Notes under the pieces: model-generated
The model's database searches: none
What the model was told of the DNA's origin: nothing
Seen by the model: the letters and a program-made list of their open reading frames with translations, nothing else
Source of the DNA: Octopus bimaculoides
Taxonomy: Eukaryota
Length of the DNA: 64,000 nt
Direction of reading: 5' to 3'
NCBI RefSeq assembly: GCF_001194135.2
Contig: NC_068981.1
Coordinates: forward strand, 99,914,919-99,978,918
Program-made: the position numbers and the translations under genes
In this document: positions 38,451-53,201 of the stretch, piece after piece
Layout of the letters: each line of letters opens with the position of its first letter
How positions within the stretch are numbered: position 1 is the first letter of the stretch

Positions 38451-39759
38451 TATATGCATATACATTAACAAACACACACTCACAGGAACATACATTGATA
38501 TATATGTATACACGTATTTATATTTCCATATGCATTCACTGGCCTTCATATATACACACACACTTATGTATGCATATGCATTCATAGGCACTCATACACA
38601 CATACTATATCACGCATTCCAAAAATACTGAATTTGATAACTACAGAAATATATATGAACTCATACATATAAGGATAAATGCAAGATACATGCATATCCT
38701 CACATATATAAATGTGTGCATATAAATATACACATACAATGTATGCATACCTTACACTCATCATCATCATCATCATAAATTGAAATGCAAACAAAAAAGT
38801 GGATGTAGTCACTAAGAATTATAAATGAAGTTGTAGATACTAAGATTAAAGTGAACACAAGCCTACTGTTAGCTTAAGAGTTGAGTATGTACATAAAATA
38901 TCTTTTTACAGAATGATGAAGACCATGAATAGAAGAAAATAAAAGGAAATAATTAATTATATATAAAAATAATTAATTATAACAATCAGATATTGACATT
39001 AAAAAATGCAGTATTGGAGTTGGTAACAGGGCAGAAGTGGCTGATTTTGCTGAATTGTACTTAAGCAAATGTAAAAGAAATTATGATCAAGTGCAGTTTG
39101 TACAGTAGCAATGATCTTCTCACACTTAAAAATCTACAGTAAACAGACAGAATTAGAAAAAAACTAAATCACTTCTTTAAAATAATATAATCTTTCAATT
39201 GCTATTGACAGAAACACTTCTGTTGTAAATTTTGTTGCTTTTATCTTTCTAATGGTCTATTTTTCCCATACCATGCATCCATAAGCTTTCCAATCACCCT
39301 AAATGTATTAGTAATAATATAGTTAAAATCATTTACTTAGATTATCTAATATCTTTGTTGACAAGTAAATTTTAAATATAATTAATTCAATTATAAAGAG
39401 TTCCTAGCTTGTGAATATTCTGAGTCTGATAAATTCCTAAAATTGCCAGAACTAAATATAGGAGAAATTGTAAAAGAAATGTATGTTAGCATAATCACGC
39501 CTTAAATTTAAGAGTTTATACCACTCTTGCCAACGTTTTTACTCTATCCTAAGGAATAATTTCTCTTCTCAGTACTGATACTATCATATCTTTAATATAA
39601 ATACTGTTAACTAGTCTTAGTCTATTATCCCTAACCCAGCACACATGCTCCACTTTCTAATTGACTAACCTTACTTAACTAATAATTCTACTACACCTTA
39701 CTGCAACTATAACACAGCAAGTAAATGCCCATTTAATTCTAATTGTTTTAATTAAATAC

Positions 39760-40165
39760 CCCACCACAACATCAATCTCACTTCCGATTAACTTAGAAGT
39801 GAAATTGTATTCACAGATGAGGCTAACCTGTCCAAGAAATCTACAGTTGCAGTATGCAACAGATTCTTCACTCTTTGTGACAGGTATGAGAATAAGACAC
39901 CCTAACCACATGTAACAGGGATATAGGGAAGCAACATACAAACCTCTGCTTCCAATGAAATAGCAACAAAAGCCAAAGAAGATCTGAAGAAAGCAGTACA
40001 GATGCATCAATCTTGGTCTACTTGAAATATTGAAAGGAACCTTAGTTCAGCTGAAGTTACACTTGATACATACAATGATGCAACAGAAGCATACATTAAG
40101 CCCAAAGCTGAAGAATTCAACAAGCTCCACTGTGAAAACAAATACGCTGCCATCTGGACAGCTCT
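39760..40165 (+). mobile_element. Degraded LINE ORF2 linker fragment (RTE-X-like)
   Basis: DEANLSKKSTVAVCNRFFTL (xxYxVEVRNRFxxL-like); AKEDLKKAVQ...LDTYNDATEAYIKPKAEEF...AAIW. Confidence 0.55.
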
Positions 40166-41779
40166 GACATTGTGACTACTGGGTTTTATTTCATAGAATC
40201 ATTTCTTCTAACGTTCTATCAAATATATTGTCCTCGGACAAACAAAGGTAGCTACCATCAAATTTTGACTGATTTTCATATATGCACATATCCACACATA
40301 CACTCTTACAACACACTTCAGCTGTTTTTAACTATACATCCACTACAGATTATAGTGGACATTCTCACTCCATTGAGAGGTAAAACATTGGTAGCATAGT
40401 TTCCTCAAAAAATGGAAGATGATAGCATTAGTTACAGTCCTCAATTGAATGCATTTTTGAAAAAATTGAATGATACATTTTATGGTTTATAAATAAATCA
40501 ACTTGCATGTGACTACTGGGACTGGGTTTCATTTTGTGGAATCATTTCTCTTAATAACCTGTCAAATTAAATATATTGTCCTCAGGCGAACGTTTGTGGT
40601 TACCATCAAATTTATCCTGATTTTAATATATGCACATAATCACACATATGCTCTTACAGCACACACACAAACTTAAACTATGTGTCTAAACTATGCAAAC
40701 ACAGACACAAGATTCTTCTGATATAGCATACCATATATACCACACATAAAAATACTATAAATTGTATACAGAGCTACACAAAAAGAAAAGCCTAGGAATA
40801 AAATGGAAAAAAAAATGTGTTGTTTGAAAGAGAAATTATGCAAGAAAGTGAATAGGATTGTGGGGGGGGGAAGAAAGAGAGAGAGAGTAGGAAAAGTATG
40901 GGGAAAAGATAGAATGAAAGAAAGTCAGAGAGAAAAAGAGAGAACGGAAGAGCTAGTATGATATAGGGAGAATGGACAAACAGAGCAAATACAACAAACA
41001 TGGTGTGACTAGTTATGATCATAGAAAGCAGAAGAAAACAAAAAAGACTAAGAAAGAGATATTGGTAAAAGTAAGAGATAGCAACAAGAGCTGAACCTGA
41101 TATTAGATATAGGCAGAAATAAGATGCAATGGAAAAATACGGATTATAATAACAGATGAAATTAAAGGCAATCATCAATAATAAAACTAATTGCTAAGAG
41201 TACTGATTTACTTTTGATGAAACATGAGGTTTTATATATTATGATGAATTTCTTGTTGTTCAGCTATATCTTAGCTTTGATTAATCAGGCCTACAAGCAA
41301 AGACTCTCCAACCATGACCTCAGTCTTGTTTACAGAAATAGTATATCTAGTACTACATTATTGAATTTGTTCTTCCTTTTTGCTAAGACAGTGAGATGTG
41401 ATTTGAGGGAGATTTGGTTACTATTTTTAGAGCTATACTGGTTTCTTTGCCAACTGTTGGTGATAAGGTTTCATGCTGTAACATTGCTATGTTTATCCTT
41501 TCTATCTTAATCATTAGTAAAATAAAGTGTATTGATTAGGTTTAAATGAGAATAAAACTAACTTCCAGAGCTGAACTAACCAGGAACTTCTGTCTTGTAT
41601 ACCCATCTCACTTGTTTATCTTCCTCTCATCACCCATAGTGTTCACCTTCTCAAGCCCTACACTGATTACTATGCCTAATTCTGCCTCCTCAGAATGTCA
41701 GCTCACTGAGATTCCCTCCCTGTGGTATGTTTTTTCCTGCAGTCATTCATGAAGAACATCAACCACATTAACCTCATTT

Positions 41780-42190
41780 GTCTAGGCACAGACATGACTA
41801 TATAGTAAGAAGTTTCTTCCCAACCACATGGCTTTCAGTTCTACTGCCTAACACCTTGGCAAGTGTCTTGTACTATAGCTCTGGGTCAATCAAAGCCTTG
41901 TGGCTGGATTTGGCAGACAGAAACTGAAGAAAGCCTGTTGCACACATGCATGGATGTGTTTGTGTGTGTGCATGCATGTGTGTGTTACTGTCTCCTTATA
42001 TTGACTTCACATAGTTGTTGTAAATGCAAGTAGTGTCCATTTCCAATCTTCCATATAAACACGTCTGGTCATGGGGAAATATTATTTTGCTTGGAAACAG
42101 GTGAAGGTTGGTGGCAGGAAGGGCATCCACTTGTAGAAAATCCACCTTAACAAATTCTGTCCGAACTATGTGAGTATGGACACTAAAACA
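41780..42190 (+). mobile_element. SINE family A variant ending in an RTE-like tail
   Basis: Family A head followed by ggaagggcatccacttgtagaaaat, which resembles the RTE 3' UTR motif ggaagggcatccagctgtagaaa. Confidence 0.7.
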
Positions 42191-43804
42191 AGACTTTGGT
42201 AATTAGTGGAGTAAGAAAACAAAAATAGTTTCAACCAGAAAATTTTAACCATATTTCAGGAAGAGTTTATATTTTAGGAGAGCTTCATGGTACAAATTTA
42301 ACAAAATAAGAATAAAGCTTCAGATTTATAGAGATGTGAGACAGAGATTATGCCATTATCAAAAGCATTTGTTAAGAAATACAGGGAAATAACTTCATCT
42401 GCAGATCAGAACCAGATTATGTAATTGTCTTTTCTATATGAAAATTCTGCTTTAAAATGCCTTTGATCTAATGATCAAAAGAAAGAAAATGATTTCAACA
42501 ATGATAATATCTGGCTTTTACTTAAAAATAATGATTCATTTAATTGAATTTGATAGTAATTATTGAAGTGTATAATCAACTGAAATGATCCTAGTATAAT
42601 AGTGGTACTTGTGTTATTAATTTTACTATGGTAAAATGTAAAGGTGACTCGCCTACATTTGGGTTTGAACTTGGAACTGAGAGGGTTAAAACTAAACACT
42701 GTAACACAATTAATCCTACACTTTCCTCATCTTGGCCATCTATAATAATGGCTAAAACATTTAACTGTATGTTTCCTGTCCTCCCACAATTGCTTCATGT
42801 TTTTCTTGCTTTGATTCCAAAATATCCACAAACAAAAATCAATACATTTCTTTAGTGGACAGTTGGTTCTTTGTGGTTTGCAATATTGATTACATCACCA
42901 ACTGGCTTTCTTTATCTCTTCCTGGTGTCATGTTTTCCGTGAATTGTTCACTATTCTATGACTATTTCTTAAAAAGTTTTCCATTTAATTAAACTTCTTC
43001 AAGCTGCAGAATTATTTTTAAAATGCTTTTTGTTTTTATAAAGAACATTTTATTTAAAAAAAAACTTTACTTTTAAACATATTTATTTCAATGAAATATG
43101 TTCAAAATAATTATTGAAGTAATCTAAAAATATTCAATGATGTTAAACATCCAAAACATTGGAAGCAAAGGTATATTAAATAGAATGCAACGGATAAAAT
43201 ACAACAAAAACATGGTAGTATATAAAATATGTGCTGCAGTATAAGAGGAAATATTAAAGATTAAGCTGGAAGTTAGCTATTGGGTTTTGTTTATATTCCA
43301 TTTGTGTCAGTGACATCAAAATATTACATTATTTATTTGTACTATTTTCTTTATAAACATGTAATATGTTCACTATCTCATTCTTTAACGGAGAACTCTT
43401 GCTTTCTTTTCTGTGTGTATCGTGACTAACTCTGACTAATATCCATCTCCTCTCGTAGCAAATAATGTTACCTCTGATATAATTTACTGGTTACATATTT
43501 TCTGTTAAGATAAATATGTCATATAATTTCTTTACTCCAATCACTCTATCATTATACTGGGCAACAGAGAAAAGATTGTTTCTTTATCTTTTTACAATAT
43601 AATATATTTTTTACAATATAATATATTGCAATGAATATATAATCTTCATCATAAGTTATTCATCTAAACAAAAGTGCGGAAATGAATTTAATCTATGTAA
43701 CATACAATAAGTTTTGTCTTTTCGGCACCATTCTACATGATAATCAATTTAACTTTTCCAATGTGCAAACATGATAATGAGTTTGTTTTAATGAGCCATG
43801 TAGT

Positions 43805-44500
43805 ATCATATATGCATGTGTACGAACAGCCATGCTACATGGTAGTGAAACATGGGCCATGACTGCTGAGGACATGCGTTAGCTGGCAAGGAATGAAGCC
43901 AGTATGCTCTGCTGGACGTGTAATGTTAGTGTGCATACATGACAGAGTGTAAGCGGCCTGAGAGAAAAGTTGGATTTAAGAAGCATCAGATGTGGTATGC
44001 AAGAGAGACAACTGCACTGGTATGGTCATGTGTTGTGAATGAGGACAGCTGTGTGAAAAAGTGTCACACCTTAGCAGTTGAGGGAACCTGTAGAAGAGGT
44101 AGACCCAGGAAAACCTGGGATGGGGTGGTGAAGCATGAACTTTGAACATTGGGCCTTACCGAGGCAATGACTAGTGACCGAGACCTTTGGAAATATGCTG
44201 TGCTTGAGAAGACCCGACAAGCCAAGTGAGACCATAGCCCATGGCCTATGCCAGTGGGTGTAAACAGCCCACTTATGAATACTCCTCATTCATTGGACAG
44301 TAAACTTTGCTTGCGAAGACCTATTGAGGCAAGTGAAATCAAAATCAAAATCACTGATGTGGCCGATGACAGTACTGCCTGATTGGCACTCATGCCAGTG
44401 GAACATTAAAAGCACATCCAAATGTGGGGTGTAACCAGCCCACTTATGAGTACTCCTCATTCAATGGACAATAAACTTTGCTTGCGAAGACTTATTGAGG
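43805..44500 (+). mobile_element. RTE LINE ORF2 C-terminus and tandemly duplicated 3' UTR, running into a gap
   Basis: ACVRTAMLHGSETWAMTAEDMR*LARNEASML and EGTCRRGRPRKTWDGVVK. Same family as the 29.1-30.3 kb element. Confidence 0.9.
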
Positions 44501-45346
44501 NNNNNNNNNNNNNNNNNNNNNNNNNNNNNNNNNNNNNNNNNNNNNNNNNNNNNNNNNNNNNNNNNNNNNNNNNNNNNNNNNNNNNNNNNNNNNNNNNNNN
44601 NNNNNNNNNNNNNNNNNNNNNNNNNNNNNNNNNNNNNNNNNNNNNNNNNNNNNNNNNNNNNNNNNNNNNNNNNNNNNNNNNNNNNNNNNNNNNNNNNNNN
44701 NNNNNNNNNNNNNNNNNNNNNNNNNNNNNNNNNNNNNNNNNNNNNNNNNNNNNNNNNNNNNNNNNNNNNNNNNNNNNNNNNNNNNNNNNNNNNNNNNNNN
44801 NNNNNNNNNNNNNNNNNNNNNNNNNNNNNNNNNNNNNNNNNNNNNNNNNNNNNNNNNNNNNNNNNNNNNNNNNNNNNNNNNNNNNNNNNNNNNNNNNNNN
44901 NNNNNNNNNNNNNNNNNNNNNNNNNNNNNNNNNNNNNNNNNNNNNNNNNNNNNNNNNNNNNNNNNNNNNNNNNNNNNNNNNNNNNNNNNNNNNNNNNNNN
45001 NNNNNNNNNNNNNNNNNNNNNNNNNNNNNNNNNNNNNNNNNNNNNNNNNNNNNNNNNNNNNNNNNNNNNNNNNNNNNNNNNNNNNNNNNNNNNNNNNNNN
45101 NNNNNNNNNNNNNNNNNNNNNNNNNNNNNNNNNNNNNNNNNNNNNNNNNNNNNNNNNNNNNNNNNNNNNNNNNNNNNNNNNNNNNNNNNNNNNNNNNNNN
45201 NNNNNNNNNNNNNNNNNNNNNNNNNNNNNNNNNNNNNNNNNNNNNNNNNNNNNNNNNNNNNNNNNNNNNNNNNNNNNNNNNNNNNNNNNNNNNNNNNNNN
45301 NNNNNNNNNNNNNNNNNNNNNNNNNNNNNNNNNNNNNNNNNNNNNN

Positions 45347-45347
<1 letters not shown>
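44501..45347. other. Assembly gap (N)
   Basis: N run. Confidence 0.98.
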
Positions 45348-45391
<44 letters not shown>

Positions 45392-45489
45392 GTAGTATGT
45401 GTTATAGAAACAGGTTTAACATTTTCAATGTGACACCTGTCAGTGAAGTATTTCTATATACAGGCTAATGTACAATGTAGTGATAGGTT

Positions 45490-45680
45490 TATCCTTTCCA
45501 AACTGCTACAGAAGAAATATTTATTATGACCTAGAATGGTTTCAACTTTATCAAGGCTTTTGGAAAATGTATTCACAAGAAATTGATTGCTTGTCACAAA
45601 TAACTGCCATTAGTTCTAGTCAAATTCTTTGGTTATCAAATTAAATGTGACTTAGGAAACGTAAGAACAATTATTTGTCT
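45490..45680 (+). mobile_element. Possible very degraded CR1/L2 RT fragment
   Basis: NFIKAFGKCIHKKL resembles DFSKAFDKVPHxxL. Confidence 0.3.
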
Positions 45681-46994
45681 CTCTAATGGAACAAACATTT
45701 TTTTTTTATTTTTCTATTTTTAACTTATGTAGCTATTTATCCTAGAGGTGCTGTTCTTATAGTAAAGAAATCAAAATAAACAATAAACCATTACCAGTCA
45801 CCCTTCATCATCTATAGACTCTCAACTGATTTTAAACATTCTAAGATTACATATGCAATGTGGTATTTTTTCACACTGTTCCAGAATTTACCCAGAGGCT
45901 GTTGCTCAATATTCAATGCCAAGCAGATTTCAGTTAACCTACATGGAACCATTTCCATTAAAATCCTATAAATCAGAAATTATTTAAGTAATTACCTTTA
46001 CAATAAAAGAAAATAATAATGATAATAAATTAACAGAAGTAAGGTGAATAAAAATACAAAATTAAAATGATTAAAGAACTTAGAATACCATAAATTATAG
46101 TTTAATTTAGAATAACCTCATTCCTGTAAGACTTCTACCTAATTAATGTATTTCCTTCTTTTATATGCCGAAATCATATTCTTGTACCTGATCTATAGAT
46201 TAATTACTATGGAACACTTTCACACTACTTCATTGGTATTTTGATAATTACCATTGTATGATGGACAGTTGACCTCTTCCTTTATATGTTAGGTATTTAA
46301 GCACTGTCTTCACACGAAGGACATTTGGTCATTGTTACTGTATGGTCAACAGTTAAGTTATTGCATCTTTTAACTGCATTACTATTAGTTGGTAGTAGGC
46401 AATGACACTTTATTCATTCAGACATTTGGAATTTCTCACAATATTTCCTTCTTATTTTGGCATAAAGGCATGTTGTTTTCACTTTACATTGCCTAAATAT
46501 ATCAAACGGAGGACTGGGATATGAATTAACAGATGTTACTTGGAATAATTATGGTACATGTGATTGCAAACCCTCAGTCTTTGGTAGTGCAGGAGAATTA
46601 ATAATATTAGTTTCTAATTTAAGTACAAGGCCTACAATTTTGAGGATATGGGGGTTAGTTAATTATATCAACACCAATACTTGACGGGTACCTTATTTTA
46701 TTGACCATGAAAGGATGAGGAGCAAAGTTAAATTTGGTGAGATTTGAACTCAGAATGTAAAAAAAGCTAGAACAAATACCAGAAAGAACTTATTCCTATG
46801 TTCTTTGAATACAATATCAAGAATGAAAAGGCCCATGAAATACTAATTCATTTACCTAAACGGAAGAAAATAGTTCTTCTAGAGTGTGATCTAATTACAG
46901 AAGAAAATAATAAAACTAAAACAAACTAGATACTTTAAAAACTACATTTGATAAACAGGTGTTCTCAGAACTGAGAAAATGTAAGTTTCCTTTT

Positions 46995-47209
46995 CTTTAA
47001 ATTATTTCAGCCATTGGACCTCTGCTACACTAGTGTCCCACCTTGAAGGGTTTTAGTCAAATAAATTGAACCTAGTACTTATTTTTTTTAAAGTTGAGTA
47101 CTTATTCTATAGGTTTCTATTACTGAAATGCTCAGTTACAAGCACATAAACTAACACCTGCTCTCAAGTGGTGGTAAGAGGCCAAAAGCAAAGACACACA
47201 TACACACAC

Positions 47210-47285
<76 letters not shown>

Positions 47286-47392
47286 ACAAACACAAACATA
47301 CACGTGTGATAGGCTTCTTTCATATTCTGTCTACCAATCCACTCTCAAGGCTTTGGTTGGCCTGGAGCTATAGCAGAAGACACTTGCCCTTG
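46995..47392 (-). mobile_element. SINE family A with expanded internal (TA)n
   Basis: Antisense family A tail and body around a long TA tract. Confidence 0.75.
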
Positions 47393-48234
47393 GTAAATAC
47401 ATCAGATACAAAAAATAAGCTTAGGTCATTATATACATTGGAAGAACAGCCAATATCTGAAATTAAGTATAGCAATTTGCATGACATGGAAAAAAGCTAA
47501 TAGATAATATTATAATAAAGATAAAAGGGACAGCTTTATAATCTGACAACCTCAGGATTTAACCTGTAGCAGTTTGCCTCTTAAGTACTGATGGGATTAT
47601 AATGGGCTGTAGAGCTTTGCACTGATTTCATATTTTTATGTAAACTAGGAATGGACTTTATCTTCAATAAGATGCCTGTCTATAGCAGGTAACATTCTCA
47701 AAAGATTTAATATATTAATAGCTATTTCCAACATTAAATGAATTGAAACAATGTAAGGTGTGTTTTAGCTCGAAACAACAAAATACATGCAGCAAACCTA
47801 CCTACCTAGCTTAAGGTCATGCAACACTTTCAGCAGGGTACATAATATCACACCTGAGCTGTACATATATGTTTCATACAAGTGAAGGGTAAGGGTGTTG
47901 TGGGGTAATAACACCTGTATTTGGTCATTTGATCCCCTGGAACTGAGTTTTACACACACATTCAAAAAGCTTCCTAGAATCATGTAATCCATGTTCCTGC
48001 AAATCAGTAGGATGTGATTTCATGGAAACATGGGAATTTGGTTGCCATTACTAGTGGCTGAAATAACTGCATAGTGTCTTTTTCCCCAAGTGTGGAATAT
48101 GGTAAAGATTAGCGACCAAACTAGATTGATGGAAGCTTACACATATTTATATATACACACACACACATATATATGCATATTAGCTACTTTCATTAGCTCA
48201 ACTAATGCATTTCCTATAGCCAACTCATGTTTAC

Positions 48235-48309
48235 CTGGATTATGTCTCCCATCATTTGATGTTGGATTTTTAAGTATTTGATCTGGTAGGAGCGTTAATA
48301 TATCTGCAT
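48235..48309 (-). CDS. Weak candidate 75-nt exon (ADILTLLPDQILKNPTSNDGRHNP)
   Basis: tatattag| ... CAG|GTAAAC, phase 1 to 1. The frame stays open beyond both ends. Confidence 0.2.
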
Positions 48310-48617
48310 CTAATATACACCTTTTGATGTACTCCTACCCTTTGCATATATGCGTATATATATGCAAACACATATTATCCATACCTATATGTATTCTTGG
48401 TTTGCACATTAAACATCATAGTAGTCTGTAATGAAAACTGGCTCTTGGTTTTGATTCAGGAATACATGGGGTATATAGATATTCATCTGCATATTTATGA
48501 CTAAATGTTTTATGGCAAACTCTCTCCATCTCATTCCTGCTCAGAAAAGTGGACATTATTATTATTACCCTGAGAATCTTCTTGTATTATATTATATTCT
48601 CCCTCTCTCTCTCTCTT

Positions 48618-48672
<55 letters not shown>

Positions 48673-50579
48673 TATATTTTCACTTTGAAAGAATGGTATG
48701 GTCTTTATGTAAGATTCTGTTTGAAAATTCTTTATAATCAAAAAAAAAAAAAGAATGTAAGAATATTGAAGATATAAAATTACTGATATTAAAAAAAAGT
48801 GGAAAAAAAAATAATCTAGACATAGCTATAGAAATATTACAAAGCTGTTGTTCAAGATAATCTTCTCTAGACAGTTATTTTTTTTTTCTCCTATTTTTAC
48901 AGTCTAGTGATATTGACTGATTTGATACCAAGACACTAACTCCCATAAATTACATTATAGATTTTGTTTTATTTTACGGAATCTATTAGTTAAAAGAGAA
49001 AATTAAAAGATCAAAGTTAAATCATATCCTGCAGCTGCTTCTGCTATGAAAAATATAACTTCTTAAAGTTATATTTTGTTTCAATGTAGAAGAATGGAGA
49101 GCATTAATGTTGACACAGATTCTGTCTAATATCTTAATCCAATCTCAATTAAGTAATCCAAAGAAAGGCAGAATTTATTTTATATTTACTTCATTATATT
49201 GCTTTTGGCATAAATGAAAATAAATACATCAAACTTAAATAATACTGACACCAGAAAGAGCAATATGAAAAACACTATAGCCTAACATACTGGGAATGTT
49301 CAGTGTTGGAAATTGGGCCTAAGCAGGGATACTGCATAAACTTAATTCTTAATTTCAAGATGTTTTATATGCTCAGTGGCTACTAAGGGAAACATATAAT
49401 TGAACACCCTTTATCAGGTCTTTACGAATAAAATTTTTACTAGCTTATTTTTATTAATTATGATTGCATATTTTATTCTGTTCTCATAATAAATACATAG
49501 AATAATTAATATGCTCTACAATAATAGTTGTTCTACATTCTGTAAATTAAGGGATTGAAGTGGCCACTAACTTTTCCAAAACCCCAGCTTCATAGTTACT
49601 TTTCTTATCCATGACAGATACCGTCTGTGATCTCTGAACATAGATCCTAAGTACAGCCTACCATATAACTAGGTCCCCAAACCCATTTACATCACTAATC
49701 AGTATCAAATGTTAAATGAAATATTCCTATCGAATGTTAAATGAAATATTCCTAAGTGAAACAAACAGAAGATTACTTTACACTATAATGACTGGGAAGT
49801 CAAGAGAATTATGTAATATGGAAGGTTAAGTTTACCAAGTTAATCAATGAACTCAGAAACGACCTATCCAAGATTATGTATTGGTTTCGTTTTCATCCTT
49901 CCCATGCTAAAGACTCATTGAGAAACATCTATGTAGAGACTTCATTAAACCTTTAGCCATATCAGGACCAAGTACTCCACCTGTATTATGCTCAAACTGG
50001 CCAAATTCAGCCTCTCAAACCTACCCTACATAATGTCATTCTAAAAATAAGCAACCACATTATCAAAATTTTGAATCTACAAGGTAATTCAGGATTAATT
50101 CAAAACACTGTGAATCAATAAGCATTACATTTCACAAAATAATCTGAATGTTAAAGGAAGTGAACTCACTACACCTACTAAATAATTCTCACGGTATCAA
50201 TTTAATCAATCAGACAATATTAGTCACATTTTCTGAGATAGATTTCTATAAACTAATATATTTCAGGTCAATGTCTCTAAAATTTGTGTTAATTACAGCA
50301 AGAATTTTTTAGAAAATGTTTAAATTTGATGGAACTCAATAGTAACTTCATTTGCAGAGAAACTGGCAAGTCAAAATGTTCTATAATGATATAACAAATC
50401 TTTCTGTAAAGTTTTCTTAATTAATATCATCATTGACTTGTTTTAACAGAATTTTCTTGACTAACCAAGAGCTATAACAAGATAAAATGTAGCACCTGGT
50501 TGGCTCTAATCAAACAGACATATAATCAAAAAAATTTCAGTTCAGTTTTGACTACCTCATCTCCCGCACATGCACACAC

Positions 50580-50865
50580 TTCATCATCATCATCATCATC
50601 ATCATCGTTTAACGTCCGCTTTCCATGCTAGCATGGGTTGGACGATTTGACTGAGGACTGGTGAAACCGGATGGCAACACCAGGCTCCAGTCTGATTTGG
50701 CAGAGTTTCTACAGCTGGATGCCCTTCCTAACGCCAACCACTCAGAGAGTGTAGTGGGTGCTTTTACGTGTCACCCGCACGAAAACGGCCACGCTCGAAA
50801 TGGTGTCTTTTATGTGCCACCCGTACAAGCCAGTCCAGGGGCACTGGCAACGATCTCGCTCGAGC
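50580..50865 (-). mobile_element. Young RTE-type 3' end
   Basis: (CAT)n tail and CpG-rich cgtttaacgtccgctttccatgctagc. Confidence 0.88.
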
Positions 50866-52611
50866 ACACAATTCAATGTGTCCTCTTTTTAATATTGTAG
50901 GATATGACTAAATGGTATTTGGCTGTTATTTATAGCAGCTGTACTACTACAAAGACTATGTTTGGAATATCAGAATGATTAATGGCAAAGAGATTAAGTT
51001 GATGAAATCTCATGCAGAGATGAATTACCATCTCTGCTCAATATGTAACCTGAAATTGTCAGACCAAAGTCAGAAATAATATCCTAAAAGCTATGAAACT
51101 ATTTTATTTTACACAAATACTGAGTTTCATTGAGTTTTCAAGGGGTCAGTTTTTGAATGGGAATGATAGCATCATGAAAGAATCTAGTATAGTACTGGTG
51201 CTTTTTTACCATTACCATCAGAAGCATGAAAGGCAAAATAAACTGTGAGAGAGTCAAACACATGGAGGAATGCAAATAAATAGTGAAAAATATATACACT
51301 GGTGATGATTTGCCACCCATCTTTTGATATAAATACTGATGCTTTCTTAACTATATGTGTAAAGTGTTAAGCAAAAAGAGCAAACAATGAAGATCAATGA
51401 AAAGTTGTACTCCAACATACGTACATGCTTTATTCAAAGTTTAATTCCATATCAAAACTTTCAGATTAATGTTCAAAATAGAATTAAGTATATGTTAGAG
51501 CAGTGTTATGTAGCAGATGCATCCAACCTATGTTAGCTAACAAAAATAGATGATGATGATGATAAAAATATATTTCTCAAATAGTGAAGTATCAAATAAT
51601 ATGTCTTGGGAGAAGGAGAGAATATACTGAATTAGTCAAAAATTTGAAATAACTACATTATTTTTTCCATTATGTGCATAAAATGTAAAAAGTAAAAACA
51701 AAGCAAAATAATGGAGTAAAAATAGTTGTGTATTATATGAAGTAAGTAAAGACTGGGGAATATATAGCATGAGAAGATCATGGTTTTGGATATAAGAATT
51801 TGATTTTAATAAAAAAGGAGATAGAAATGTATAAAAACAAAAATGAGTCTTGAAGGATTAAAGACAGAAAGAAATATAGGAAAAGTTGTCAAATATGTAT
51901 GAAGAACAGGAACAGTAGGTTAAGGAGCTGCACAATTCTCAACACAGAACATTGACTGTTTGCTAATTCTACATGTATCAGTCATCTATTGTATCTGACA
52001 CACAATTTCTTGCCATCTGCATCCTAAATTCTCTTCATTAACCCTGAAGTAAACATTACATGTGATTTTTCATTTTGTGGAATACCACCCTGTGAAATAC
52101 TGGTGTTTCGCATACATACACACAATCCCCTAATCTTCAAGAAACCTTACCAGCTGTGTCAGTGCTGTTTATATGTTCCTTTTTTTTATATCTTAAGAAA
52201 CATTCTTATTTAGGCTATAAGCAACAACTCTTCTTGAATATGCCAATAAAACCATATAAATAAATAAGTAAACAAATAAATAAAATTATGCTAAGTTATA
52301 TTGTACAAGACAACCTAACAGAATGCCTATAAGGTATTAAATATACATAATGGGAAATAAATTTAATATTGTATATTCAAAAGTATATGGGATGACAGAA
52401 ATGGTAACAAGTCAAATTAAATGTCCTATGACATTTAATATAATAATAAAGAGATTATTAGTTGTCTTTTTTCATTGCTTTTAGATATAACTATGGTCAA
52501 CACCTGCTCAGAGTCAATAAAATAAGCACCAGTAATATGTTTATTTAATTCAATCAACTGTTCACTTTCACAAATTATGGCCTTATAGTCAGTATTTGAT
52601 TGATTTCTCAT

Positions 52612-52797
52612 ACTGGTTTCAAATTTTGGTACAAGGTAATTAACCTCAGTGCTCAACTGGTACTTATTTTATCAACACTAAAAGGATGAAAAGCAAGGTC
52701 AACCTCAGTGGAATCTGAACTCAGAATGTTAAGATGGACAAAATGCTGCTAAGCATTTTGCCCAGTGTGGTAATGATTCTGCCAGCTCATTGCTTTA
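52612..52797 (-). mobile_element. SINE family E
   Basis: tttcaaattttggtacaagg...aaggatgaaaagcaaggtcaacctcagtggaatctgaactc...gattctgccagctc. Confidence 0.8.
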
Positions 52798-53107
52798 CTG
52801 ATTCCTCATATTGACGGTTAACCAGTCAAGTACTGACTATATACTACCTCTAAAGAATATGGTTTTGTGTCTATGTAAGAAAGCAATACCACATATTTCA
52901 GTGGTTAGCATCACAGAGCAGAGGTAAACTTCTCATATGGTGAATTAGCAATGCAATTTCAAGTCTCAAAGTCATTTCACTTCATATATGTAACTAATAT
53001 CCTACGGAAATGTTGTTTACATCCCTTCCTCTAAACTATAGAGCACTGTGTGTAGTCAGAAGAAACTAATACTATGTATTAAAAGAAAATCTATAGATGA
53101 GACTCAC

Positions 53108-53201
53108 TATAAATGCTGTTTGATATTGGATGATTTCTGTCAACATTGGTGTTGGACAGTCCAATGTCCATTAAGATTTCTACATCACAATACTTCATGT
53201 A
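53108..53201 (-). CDS. Candidate 94-nt exon (YMKYCDVEILMDIGLSNTNVDRNHPISNSIY)
   Basis: Strong acceptor atttatttttttag| and donor ATA|GTGAGT. Only one open frame (phase 0 to 1). Confidence 0.3.

Noticed and set aside
39815-39885. Plus-strand exon-like segment (cacag|...CAG|GTATGA)
   Set aside because: Its open frame is part of the LINE ORF2 relic.
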